This document shows, one piece after another, positions 38,019 through 47,275 of a stretch of 64,000 nucleotides of DNA; within the stretch, counting starts at the first letter, position 1, and every line of letters begins with the position of its first letter. Origin of the DNA: Candidatus Bathyarchaeia archaeon (lineage in GTDB: Archaea; Thermoproteota; Bathyarchaeia; 40CM-2-53-6; CALIRQ01); contig JAWBRV010000004.1 in the NCBI GenBank assembly GCA_038843675.1, forward strand, positions 20,442 to 84,441, given 5' to 3'. The notes under the pieces were generated by a model that was not told where the DNA came from, did not search any database, and worked only from the letters and a program-made list of their open reading frames with translations. Both the position numbers and the translations under genes were made by a program.

Positions 38019-38423
38019 ATGGCTTTGAAGATAAGGAGGGGGGATCTGGAGGCGATCCTCCGCCACGCGAGGGAGAGCCATCCATTCGAGGCGTGCGGGC
38101 TCCTCCTCGGGAGGAGGGCGGGGAGCGATAGGATCGTAGAGGAGGCCCGCCCCGCCAGAAATTTGATGAAATCTCCCTTCGAGTATCGGATCGATCCGGA
38201 GGATCTGCTCAAGGCCTTTGAGGAGGCCGAGCGGAGGGGTTTGGAGATAATCGGCTCATACCACAGCCATCCCCTTTGCGAGCCCTCTTGGTCCCAAATC
38301 GATGAGGAGAGGGGCGAGTTCTGGGTGGGATATTCCTTTTTGATCATATCGCCAAGCGGCAGATTCATTTCATATGTCAAGGAGGAGAGGGGGGTGAGGG
38401 AGGAGAAGGTCGAAATATTCTGA
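38019..38423 (+). CDS. JAMM/MPN+ metallopeptidase (Mec/HcyD/CysO-peptidase-like)
   Basis: EACGLLLG and HSHP…S…D JAMM motif; 134 aa. Confidence 0.7.
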   Translation: MALKIRRGDLEAILRHARESHPFEACGLLLGRRAGSDRIVEEARPARNLMKSPFEYRIDPEDLLKAFEEAERRGLEIIGSYHSHPLCEPSWSQIDEERGEFWVGYSFLIISPSGRFISYVKEERGVREEKVEIF

Positions 38424-38597
38424 AATCGATCGCTGGAGGCCCCATCCTTCGGGAAGCTTTAGGCCAGCGTGCCATGATGCGGGACCATCGCTAAGGGCCC
38501 AAGGCCCTCTCGGCTCTGTTAACTATTAAGTTGACGATCTAAATTAACATCGAAAAATATATAAATACGTTATTCATAACGGTGAAATGATGAGAAA

Positions 38598-38990
38598 ATG
38601 GCTCGAAACGAATTGAGGGAATTGCTTAAAAAGGTGAGAACGACAGAGGATGTGGAAAGGATCAAGCCGGAGATAAAGGAAGCGCTAAGCAAGATAAATG
38701 TAGCGGATCTGGCCATAGCGGAGCAGGAACTGATGGCGGAGGGAATAACTCTGGAGGAACATCAGATCCAAAGGGGGCAAAGTTACGATGATTTCGTTTC
38801 AAGATTAAATGAGGTTGGCGGCTATATCGTCCAGAACTTGAATGGCCACATCTTCAAGGAAGACAACATTCTCTATCCAACGGCGTTACAGGTCATCCCG
38901 GAGCAGGGGTGGAGGGAGATTAAAAGGAAATTCGATGAAATAGGCTACTGTTGCCTCACTCCTAGCGTGAGGGCCGAATGCGATTGTTGA
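38598..38990 (+). CDS. DUF438 plus hemerythrin-like domain protein
   Basis: HIFKEDNILYP HHE-type motif and C-terminal FDEIGYCCLTP, shared with the 39942 gene. Confidence 0.55.
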   Translation: MARNELRELLKKVRTTEDVERIKPEIKEALSKINVADLAIAEQELMAEGITLEEHQIQRGQSYDDFVSRLNEVGGYIVQNLNGHIFKEDNILYPTALQVIPEQGWREIKRKFDEIGYCCLTPSVRAECDC

Positions 38991-38994
38991 GGGA

Positions 38995-39450
38995 GTGGGA
39001 TGGATGTTCGCAGAAAAACAATGGCCAGTAAAAATCTTGTTGATACATCCCCAAGCGCCTTTCATACAAAAGGCCTCGCTGGTAATCGCCGCCGATTGCG
39101 CCTTGCTTACAAACCCAGACTTATCGAGGAGGTTTAAAGATGGTGAGACGGTGGTCATTGGCTGTCCGCTGCTCGAAGACCCTGATAGGCTTGCGAAAAA
39201 GATAGATTTGATAATCGAGGAAACCGGGGCCAAAAATGTCGAGGTTTACACGATGGAGGTTCCATGCTGCCACGCGATTCACATGATGGTCGACCAAAGC
39301 ATGCGGAGAAAGCGAAAAGAAGGCGCGAAAGTGGAAAACTACATTGTCCGAGTCATGAGCGGGAAGGTAGAGCCATACGTACTGGGAAAGATTGATGAAT
39401 CCATGGTTGAGATGGAGAGGAAGGCCCACGGAGGGCATCACCATCATTAG
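38995..39450 (+). CDS. Hypothetical protein with His-rich C-terminus
   Basis: 151 aa ending HGGHHHH, with cysteines CPLL…VPCCH. Confidence 0.4.
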   Translation: MGWMFAEKQWPVKILLIHPQAPFIQKASLVIAADCALLTNPDLSRRFKDGETVVIGCPLLEDPDRLAKKIDLIIEETGAKNVEVYTMEVPCCHAIHMMVDQSMRRKRKEGAKVENYIVRVMSGKVEPYVLGKIDESMVEMERKAHGGHHHH

Positions 39451-39461
39451 GTTGATCGTTT

Positions 39462-39749
39462 GTGATAAGGCGCTTCGTGGTATCCGTAGACGAAGGTAGA
39501 TGCATAGGATGCGGTAGATGCGTCAAGGCGTGTCTGACGGGTGCCCTCCAGATAGTCAACGGAAAAGCGAAGCTGGTCAGCGAGCGTTTATGCGATGGTT
39601 TCGGTTCCTGCATTGCCGCATGCCCCTACAATGTATTGGGCTTGGAGCTAAGAGAGGCCGAGGAGTTCGATTGGGGCATCGTTAATAAAATAGCTTATGA
39701 GGACTTAATGAATAAGCTTAGGCTCACGTCCAGCCAGCTGGGGGAATAG
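39462..39749 (+). CDS. 4Fe-4S ferredoxin-domain protein
   Basis: Cluster motifs CIGCGRCVKAC and CDGFGSCIAACP. Confidence 0.7.
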   Translation: MIRRFVVSVDEGRCIGCGRCVKACLTGALQIVNGKAKLVSERLCDGFGSCIAACPYNVLGLELREAEEFDWGIVNKIAYEDLMNKLRLTSSQLGE

Positions 39750-39941
39750 CCAAAATTGCGAAATCTAGGCAACGGCTCCCTTGCCTTTAGGGGCCCATTC
39801 CTAAGCAACTCGCGGAGGGGCGCCCATTGAGAGCGTGTGCGGAGCCGGCCCGAAGCCCTCGTTCCCCATGAGCAACCGGGTATCTTGGCCCGATGAAGTC
39901 CATCAAAGGGGGTAATGGGTTTAAAATAAGGGAGGCGGAGC

Positions 39942-41192
39942 TTGAGGGGGATTGAGATGGGCGGATTTTCCGAGGGGGAAAGGAAAAAGCTCCTGAAGGA
40001 GCTCATTAGGCAATTGCACGCCGGCGCATCCCCTCAGGAGGTCAAGGAGAGGTTCAAGCAAGTGCTAGAGGAGATAAGCCCCTTGGAGATCGCGAGGATC
40101 GAGCAGGAGCTCATAGGGGAGGGAATCTCGAGGGAGGAGATCCAGCGGCTATGCGATGTCCATTTGGAGGTATTCGGGGAGCAGTTGCAGGGGCAGCGGG
40201 CGGAGGCAGCCCCGGGGAATCCGATAGGCATCCTCCGCGAGGAGCATGAGATCCTTCAAAATCTCTCCAAAAGGCTCTCCGATTTGGTCGGCGAGATTCA
40301 AAGGGCCGGGGATTTTGGCCCCATCAAGGATAAGATCGAGCATTTGAGGGAACTCGCCGCGGGCCTCTTGGATGCGGAGAAGCATTACCTGAGGGAGGAG
40401 AACGTCCTATTCCCGCTTTTGGAGAGGCACGGCATCACGGAGCCCCCGGCCATAATGTGGATGGAGCATAACCAGCTCAGGGAGAAGAAGAAACAGCTCA
40501 AAGGCCTGATCGAGGATTCCGAGAGGATGGGGTTCGAGGATTTCAAGGAGAGGCTTGGCGAATTGGCCAGTTCCTTGAACAACCTAATCTCGAGCCATAT
40601 CTTAAAGGAGAACAATATACTCTTCCCCGCGGCGTTGCGCGTCGTCACGGATCGGGAATGGATCGATGCGAGGAGGGAATTTGACGAAATAGGATATTGT
40701 TGCTTCACGCCAAGGCATTTAATAAAGGAAACAATTGAAACGACCGAAAAGACAGAGGCCATGGGAGGGCCGATGGCCGAGGGGGTTTTGGAGTTCGAAA
40801 CTGGATCCCTATCCAAGGAGGAGCTCGAGGCGATCCTGAATACGCTCCCGGTGGATATAACCTTCGTGGACAAGGATGATATGGTGAAATATTTCAACAA
40901 GGCCGAGAAGCGGGTATTCGTTAGGACAAGGGCCGTCATTGGGAGGAAGGTACAGCTTTGCCACCCTCAAAAGAGCATACATGTGGTGAACAAAATCCTA
41001 GATGCCTTCAAAAGGGGCGAGAGGGACATAGCGGAATTTTGGATCCAAAAGGAGGGGCGGCTGATCCATATAAGGTATTTCGCCGTTAGGGGCGAAGGCG
41101 GCAAATATTTGGGGACGATGGAGGTGACTCAGGATATAACGGATTTGAAGAAGATCGAGGGGGAGAGGAGGCTCCTCGATTGGGAGGGTTGA
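39942..41192 (+). CDS. DUF438, hemerythrin (x2) and PAS sensor protein
   Basis: Repeated H…E(E/N)NxLFP motifs, FDEIGYCCFTP, then a PAS-like C-terminal domain. Confidence 0.6.
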   Translation: MRGIEMGGFSEGERKKLLKELIRQLHAGASPQEVKERFKQVLEEISPLEIARIEQELIGEGISREEIQRLCDVHLEVFGEQLQGQRAEAAPGNPIGILREEHEILQNLSKRLSDLVGEIQRAGDFGPIKDKIEHLRELAAGLLDAEKHYLREENVLFPLLERHGITEPPAIMWMEHNQLREKKKQLKGLIEDSERMGFEDFKERLGELASSLNNLISSHILKENNILFPAALRVVTDREWIDARREFDEIGYCCFTPRHLIKETIETTEKTEAMGGPMAEGVLEFETGSLSKEELEAILNTLPVDITFVDKDDMVKYFNKAEKRVFVRTRAVIGRKVQLCHPQKSIHVVNKILDAFKRGERDIAEFWIQKEGRLIHIRYFAVRGEGGKYLGTMEVTQDITDLKKIEGERRLLDWEG

Positions 41193-41396
41193 AATCCCCA
41201 CGCCCCCTCTTAATCCATTTATTATTTTTCAACGCCCCCAAGCGATCGAAGGAAGGGGCGATGTTTCCCATTTCCGAAACAATCCTTATAGGGGCGTTAT
41301 TTAAGGGATAAGCCGAAGCCCCGATGGAGGCCCTCCCGGGATAAATTTAAATATCCGAATATATCCACCTCGGGTTTTCCGAGGTGGATCGGCTCG

Positions 41397-42458
41397 ATGA
41401 AGAATCGCAGATCCCTTGGGAATTGGGAGAAATACCTGAGCTTGAACGTCGCGGCCTGCATATTGGCTGGGACGGCCTTGGGCAGGATAGCGCCGTGGAT
41501 CCCCGATGCCCTATCCAAGCTGGAGGTCCACAACGTTTCCATCCCGATCGCCATCTGCCTCTTCGCCATGATCTACCCGATCATGGTCCAGATAAGCTTC
41601 TCCGAGGTCAAGAGCGCCGCGAGATCCCTGAGGCCGATAGGCCTGACACTCCTCATGAATTGGGCCATAAAGCCGTTCACGATGGCCCTCTTCGCTTGGA
41701 TCTTCCTAAGGATCATCTTCCTGCCATACCTGGGGGCCCAGCAGGCGCAACAGTACACGGCCGGGCTCATCCTTTTGGGCGTGGCGCCGTGCACGGCGAT
41801 GGTCCTCGTGTGGAGCTACTTGGCCGGGGGCAATATGGCCCATACGCTTGTGATGACCGCCATCAACTCGCTCTCCATGGTGATCCTCTACGCGCCCTTG
41901 GCGACGATCCTGTTGGGGGTTTCGGGCATACCGGTGCCTTGGGAGACCATAGCCCTGGCCGTCGTCGCTTATATATGCACGCCCTTGGCCGCGGGCTGGA
42001 TCACGAGGGACCGGGCCATAAAGATGAAGGGCGCGGAATGGTTCGAGCGGAACTTGGTGCCCCGCTTGGGGAAGATGGCGATCGCCGCCCTGCTCGCGAC
42101 CCTCGTCATACTCTTCTCCTATCAAGGTGATAAGATCCTCGAGCTCCCAGCCACCATAGGCATGATAACGACGGGCATATTGGCGAACATATTGCTCGTA
42201 TTCGGGCTGTCGTACCTATTGGCAAAGGCCCTAGGCCTAGGCTATGAGGACGCCGCCCCCACGGCCATAATCGCCGGGAGCAACCACTTCGAGGTATCGA
42301 TCGCCGTCGCCACGACCCTCTTCGGCCTCAACTCGGGGGCCTCCCTCGCGACGGTGGTCGGCGTTTTGACGGAGGTCCCGATAATGCTCTCCTTGGTTTG
42401 GCTTTGCAAGAGGACGGCGGGCTTCTTCGGCCCTAGGCCCCAGTCCATCCGCCCCTGA
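41397..42458 (+). CDS. arsB: Arsenite efflux transporter, ACR3 family
   Basis: 10-TM protein with the ACR3 signature LLGVAPCTAMV. Confidence 0.75.
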   Translation: MKNRRSLGNWEKYLSLNVAACILAGTALGRIAPWIPDALSKLEVHNVSIPIAICLFAMIYPIMVQISFSEVKSAARSLRPIGLTLLMNWAIKPFTMALFAWIFLRIIFLPYLGAQQAQQYTAGLILLGVAPCTAMVLVWSYLAGGNMAHTLVMTAINSLSMVILYAPLATILLGVSGIPVPWETIALAVVAYICTPLAAGWITRDRAIKMKGAEWFERNLVPRLGKMAIAALLATLVILFSYQGDKILELPATIGMITTGILANILLVFGLSYLLAKALGLGYEDAAPTAIIAGSNHFEVSIAVATTLFGLNSGASLATVVGVLTEVPIMLSLVWLCKRTAGFFGPRPQSIRP

Positions 42459-42488
42459 CAGAGCCGGATCGGCCTTCCGATAGGCCCC

Positions 42489-43532
42489 TTACCTGCCCAG
42501 CTCCGTCCTTATCCTTATCGTCCGCATCAGGTCGCTCCTAGTTATTATGCCCTTGAGCTCCCCATCCTCTATGACCGGGAGCCTCCCGATCCCATGGGCG
42601 GACATCTTGACCATCGCCTCCACGATCGGGTCCTCCGGGGATGCGGAGATTATCTCCCCCCTCGGCTTCATTATATCGCTGGCCCTTACCCTACCCCAAT
42701 CCTCCCTCGGGACCCTTTTCACGTCCGAGATGGTCACCAAGCCCAAGAACTCCCCATCCCTCATCACCGGGAAGCCCCCGTGCTTGTACTTCATGAAGGA
42801 TTCAACGATCTCGCTGACCGGGGCATCGGGACCTATGGAATCTATGCTCGTCGTCATTATGTCCCTCACCTTGAGCTCCGCCAAGGCGTTGCTTATGATC
42901 GTTTGCTTGAGGCTGCTCTCGGCGCCGCTCTTGAGGAACCACCCTATTATCACAAGCCATATGCCGTTTAGGAATGATGCGGTGAACATCAGGATAAAGC
43001 CGAGGAACATGAAGAAATATGCGAAGGCGCTCCCCACCCGCGTGGCGATGCCCGTCGCCTCCAAAAGGCTCCCCCTCCATCTCCAAAGCGCTGCCCTCAG
43101 GATCCTGCCCCCATCCATCGGGAAGGCGGGCATGAGATTGAAGGCGCCGAGGAGGACGTTTATCAAGGAGCCATAATGGAGTGGGGCGAGGATCAGGACC
43201 CCGGCGCCTAGGTATGAGGCGATCAGCCAAGCCGCCCTGAGGAGTATCGCCAACCCGAAGCTCGATAGGGGCCCGGCCGCGGCCATCTTCAACTCGATCC
43301 CCGGGTCGCTCGGCTCCTCCAATATCCTAGATACGCCCCCGAATAGGAAGAGGGTTATGTCCGGGACCGCGATCCCCCTCCTCTTCGCCATATAGGAATG
43401 GCAAAGCTCGTGGAAGAGGACCGAGAATAGGAGCAGGAGCGCGGCAACGATCCCCACGGCCCAATAGACCCAATCCGGTTGGGCTGGGTAATGGCTCGGC
43501 ATGTAGAAGGCGGCGAGGGAGTAGACGATCAA
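42489..43532 (-). CDS. Site-2 protease (M50) with tandem CBS domains
   Basis: HELCH zinc motif in a TM segment, followed by CBS pairs. Confidence 0.75.
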   Translation of the reverse strand: MIVYSLAAFYMPSHYPAQPDWVYWAVGIVAALLLLFSVLFHELCHSYMAKRRGIAVPDITLFLFGGVSRILEEPSDPGIELKMAAAGPLSSFGLAILLRAAWLIASYLGAGVLILAPLHYGSLINVLLGAFNLMPAFPMDGGRILRAALWRWRGSLLEATGIATRVGSAFAYFFMFLGFILMFTASFLNGIWLVIIGWFLKSGAESSLKQTIISNALAELKVRDIMTTSIDSIGPDAPVSEIVESFMKYKHGGFPVMRDGEFLGLVTISDVKRVPREDWGRVRASDIMKPRGEIISASPEDPIVEAMVKMSAHGIGRLPVIEDGELKGIITRSDLMRTIRIRTELGR

Positions 43533-43676
43533 GGCGAAGGCTATGAACCAAGTGAAGTGGAGATATATATTGACGCCGATGACCCTCCCGATCCTGAAGG
43601 ACGAGATCGCCCACCCACGCCTTTTTCATGTGGGATGAAAAATAAAGTTAACGCCTTCGCCTCCCTTGGATCCTGC

Positions 43677-44771
43677 TCATCGAAGATAGGAGTTCAAATC
43701 CCTTATATCCAGCTCATCGGTTGAGAGGATGTTCCTGATGAAGTTGAAGATCTTTCGCCTGATCTCCGCCGTTAGGGTCGGATACCAGATCGGGCTCGCC
43801 ACCACTAGGGCCCTCCAAGCGTAGAAGGGCTGTATGACGCGGAGGAGCTCCTCATCGCCCGTCAGGTCCAGATATTCGCGCATGAACCGATCGTAGAGCC
43901 GAAGGAAGGGCCCATCGAGGCGCCCATGGGCTTGGAGCGAGAAGAATAGGTAGTTTATGCTCATGGCAGCCACGTCATCGGCGGCCTCCCCCCATTCGCC
44001 CCGGCTCCGATCTAGGACCGAGAAATCGGTCCCCTCGCGGAAGAGCACGTTCCAAGGGTGGAAATCTCCGTGGACTTGGCAGAGCCTATGGCCCTTCCCC
44101 TTGAGCCTCCACCTCCATCCAACGCACATTCGCTCGATCTCCTCGAGCTCCTTCGCGCTCGTGAAGCCGATCTCAGCGGGGTAACTGTCCAATAGGCCCA
44201 TTATGCATTCCCCATGCCCGACGAGCTCCCTGATCCGCCTCGCGTATAAGCTCGGCGAATGTCCCCTCACCGAATGGATCTCGGCCAAGTAGCTCGATAG
44301 GGCATCGCACCTAGCCAAGTCCAATGGCCCTAGCGCCCCCTCCGCCCTTATCCTCTCCAGATCCCTATAATACCCCGAGCCCTCCACCCTCTCGAGGAGG
44401 ATGAAGGGCTCCTCGATATCGCCGATCGACCTCATGGCCCCGCCCTTCGAGAAATAGCCCAGATCTATCGCCTTGGCATGCCTTGGGAGCTTGTTGTACG
44501 TGGAATGGGCCAATGAGAGGGATTGGAGGCGATCGGATAAATGCTCATGGCCGAATCCATCGGCGCGCATCGTCTCCAAGACCGCGCTCCTCCTTTCGCC
44601 CCCAACCGAGAACTCTATCAGATAGGGCCTGCCATATCCGAAGCCCTTCAACTCCCCCCGGGCTCCCACTGCCCCCTCGGCCCCTCCCAATTCCCTCACA
44701 GAAGTTATCGAAACCTCGGTCCCGTGGATCGAGGCCAAATACCTCCTCAATTCCTCCAAGTTTAACGACAT
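43677..44771 (-). CDS. Phosphotransferase-family kinase (APH/ChoK fold)
   Basis: HGDFHPWN catalytic motif. Confidence 0.6.
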   Translation of the reverse strand: MSLNLEELRRYLASIHGTEVSITSVRELGGAEGAVGARGELKGFGYGRPYLIEFSVGGERRSAVLETMRADGFGHEHLSDRLQSLSLAHSTYNKLPRHAKAIDLGYFSKGGAMRSIGDIEEPFILLERVEGSGYYRDLERIRAEGALGPLDLARCDALSSYLAEIHSVRGHSPSLYARRIRELVGHGECIMGLLDSYPAEIGFTSAKELEEIERMCVGWRWRLKGKGHRLCQVHGDFHPWNVLFREGTDFSVLDRSRGEWGEAADDVAAMSINYLFFSLQAHGRLDGPFLRLYDRFMREYLDLTGDEELLRVIQPFYAWRALVVASPIWYPTLTAEIRRKIFNFIRNILSTDELDIRDLNSYLR

Positions 44772-45316
44772 CCCGTCCCACCCGTCCCTTTCGGGGCCAA
44801 ATCGAATTTCGCGATCATTGCCTCAAGGATCGCGCTGGCGCAGGCCCCCGGATCCATCTTATCGGATTCGACAACCACATCCGGCTCGATCGGCTCCTCG
44901 TAATCCGCTTGAAGGCCGGGCACGTTGGAGGCGGAGCCCTCGATCCCCATCCTATAGATGCCCTTGGCATCCCTTTCCATGCAGACCCTCAGGGGGCATT
45001 TCACGTAGACCTCCATGAATTTGCTTATCTCCCGCCTCGCCCGGTCCCTATAGGCCCTCTTATTCGCGGTGGCATCGAAGATTACGTTGACGCCGTTATC
45101 CGTTAATAGCTTCCCGATGTAGACCATTATTCCATAAAATAGGTCCCTCTCCCCTTGGCTATAGGTCGGGTTCGGCGTTATCACCCGCCTGAGCTCGTCC
45201 GATTCCAAGATCTGGCAGCGGATCCCGAGCCCCGCCAGCCTCTCGGCCAAGGCCCTCGCTATCGTGGATTTGCCGCTCGATGGGAGGCCCGTTATCCATA
45301 CGGCCCATCCCTTCAA
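44762..45316 (-). CDS. cysC: Adenylyl-sulfate (APS) kinase
   Basis: P-loop WITGLPSSGKST, …FxEVYVKCPLxVCxxRDxKGxY…, YEEPxxPD. Confidence 0.65.
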   Translation of the reverse strand: MKGWAVWITGLPSSGKSTIARALAERLAGLGIRCQILESDELRRVITPNPTYSQGERDLFYGIMVYIGKLLTDNGVNVIFDATANKRAYRDRARREISKFMEVYVKCPLRVCMERDAKGIYRMGIEGSASNVPGLQADYEEPIEPDVVVESDKMDPGACASAILEAMIAKFDLAPKGTGGTGCR

Positions 45317-45426
45317 TACTGCCCGCCCAAGGGCGCTGACGGATTCCCTCCTTTAAGCCTTAGCGGGCTTGGGCGATCGGTTCGCTTCCGGGTCCTTCTC
45401 CATCGCCGCCGAGCCGGATCCTCGGC

Positions 45427-46761
45427 CTATAGCTTCCCGATGTATCTCTCCACCTCCCAAGGGCTAACCTGCATCCGATACAGGTCCCACTCCTTCCGCT
45501 TCTCATCCAAGAAGTTCTTGAAAAGCGCCTCGCCTAGGACCTCCCTAACGAGGGTCCCGTTCTCCATCTCCATCAGGCTTTGGCCGAACGACTCCGGCAG
45601 GGTATCTATGCCCCTCCTCCTCCGCTCCTCGCGACTCATCTGATAGAGGTTTAGGTCCGTCGGCTCCGGGGGCTCTATCCGCCTCTTTATCCCCTCGAGC
45701 CCGGCCATGCAGAGGACGGCAAACTGGAGGTATGGGTTCCCGGCCGGGTCCGGGCTCCTTATCTCCACCCTCGCCGCCTCCGGCCGCCCCCTGAAGTCCG
45801 GGACCCTTATCAAGGGCGATCGATTCCTATACCCCCAAGCCAAGTAAACGGGCGCCTCGTAGCCCGGGACGAGCCTCTTGTAGGAATTTGGCCAAGAGGA
45901 GAGGACGGCGCTCATCTCCTTCCCATACCTTATCTGGCCCCCTATGAAGTAAAGGGCCTCCTTGGAGAGGAAGCCCGTGTCGGGGTTATCGTCGAAGAAG
46001 ACATTCCTCCCGTCGAGGCTCCAGAAACTTTGATGGACGTGCATCCCGGAGCCGTTCACGCCGTAGAAGGGCTTGGGCATGAACGTGGCGATGAACCCGT
46101 TCTTGGCGGCGACGGATTTTATGAGCATCTTGACCGTTATTGTATTATCGGCCGCCCTAAGGGCCTCGTCGTACTTGAAGTCTATCTCGTGCTGCCCCCG
46201 CGCGACTTCATGGTGGCTCAGCTCGACCTCTATGCCGAAGCCCTGCGCTAGGTTCGCGATCTCGTTTCTCAAATCCTCCGTCAGATCGCTTGGGTGGAGG
46301 TCGAAGTACCCAGCCATATCGATCGGCGTCGGGATCGGGCCATTCGCGTCCTTCAAAAGGAAGAACTCCATCTCCGGGGCACATTTAAATACATAGCCAG
46401 CCTCGCGACATTTCTCAAGAGCCCTTTGGAGCGCATATCTTGGATCGCATTCGAACCTCTTCCCATCCGGCGAGTATATATCGCATATGAATCGGCACTC
46501 ATCGGGCTTCCCCGGGACCTTCGCGTACGTCGATGGATCGGGGAAAAGCACCAAGTCCGACTCCTCGATCGGCCTATAGCCGGTGACTGATGAGCCATCG
46601 AACGTCTGCCCATTGTGGAAGATCCTCTCGAGGTTTTTTGCATTGACCGATACGCTCTTCAAGATGCCGTTTATGTCGACGAATTGAAGCCTAGCGAATT
46701 TTATCCCAGCCGCCTTGACATCCCTCAGGATCTCCCCCACTACCTCCTCCCTTTTCGACAT
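45427..46761 (-). CDS. glnA: Glutamine synthetase type I
   Basis: GS N- and C-domain motifs. Likely start MSKREEV (ATG 46761); the ORF to 47001 runs through the AT-rich promoter. Confidence 0.85.
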   Translation of the reverse strand: MSKREEVVGEILRDVKAAGIKFARLQFVDINGILKSVSVNAKNLERIFHNGQTFDGSSVTGYRPIEESDLVLFPDPSTYAKVPGKPDECRFICDIYSPDGKRFECDPRYALQRALEKCREAGYVFKCAPEMEFFLLKDANGPIPTPIDMAGYFDLHPSDLTEDLRNEIANLAQGFGIEVELSHHEVARGQHEIDFKYDEALRAADNTITVKMLIKSVAAKNGFIATFMPKPFYGVNGSGMHVHQSFWSLDGRNVFFDDNPDTGFLSKEALYFIGGQIRYGKEMSAVLSSWPNSYKRLVPGYEAPVYLAWGYRNRSPLIRVPDFRGRPEAARVEIRSPDPAGNPYLQFAVLCMAGLEGIKRRIEPPEPTDLNLYQMSREERRRRGIDTLPESFGQSLMEMENGTLVREVLGEALFKNFLDEKRKEWDLYRMQVSPWEVERYIGKL

Positions 46762-46779
46762 TTTTATCCCATTTGTCCC

Positions 46780-46856
46780 CCATGAGAATAGTATATAAAA
46801 TTTTTGCAAAATAAAATGGATATTTTTCAAATTTATTTTTAAAAATTGATCAATTG
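46780..46856 (-). promoter_or_regulatory. AT-rich glnA promoter with TATA (TTTATATAC) and palindrome AATTGATCAATT
   Basis: TATA about 30 nt upstream of the ATG; perfect 12-nt palindrome at 46843-46854. Confidence 0.45.
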
Positions 46857-47275
46857 TAAAGCCATCGCGCTCCCTTGAATCTGGATCGCGAGCCTCAGCC
46901 GGAGGGGATCCGAGAGAGGGGCTTCCCATCCGAAGCCCATGCCACAAAATCGGATCAGATGCCCGCCAACCGCCCTTTTCACAATCTCGAGGTCCCCTCA
47001 AGAGCTTTGGGCCGCCTCGAGCCCTTGCCCTCCCGGCTAGAGGCCAGGTTTCCCACCCTCCTTAGCATAGTAAGGATGAATGGTCCGCGGCTCGGCATGG
47101 TCCTTAAGTTACCCGCTCAAAAATCCTTCGTGATTCGATGGAGCTACGTGGCGTCTCATAGAAAACTCTTCTAAATGGCAAGCGCATTGGCCCATCCGCT
47201 TTGAACGGGCATGGCTTGACCTCGGGCAACAGGTTAATTTACTAGGGCGGCAAAAGCCCTTAACCGGCTGGTCGA

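Noticed and set aside
44483-45106. 207-aa plus-strand ORF overlapping the phosphotransferase and APS kinase
   Set aside because: Antisense, Pro/Arg/Ser-rich and without motifs.
46762-47001. 5' extension of the glnA ORF through the AT-rich region
   Set aside because: It translates promoter DNA (…KINLKNIHFILQKFYILF…); the GS domain begins at MSKREEV.
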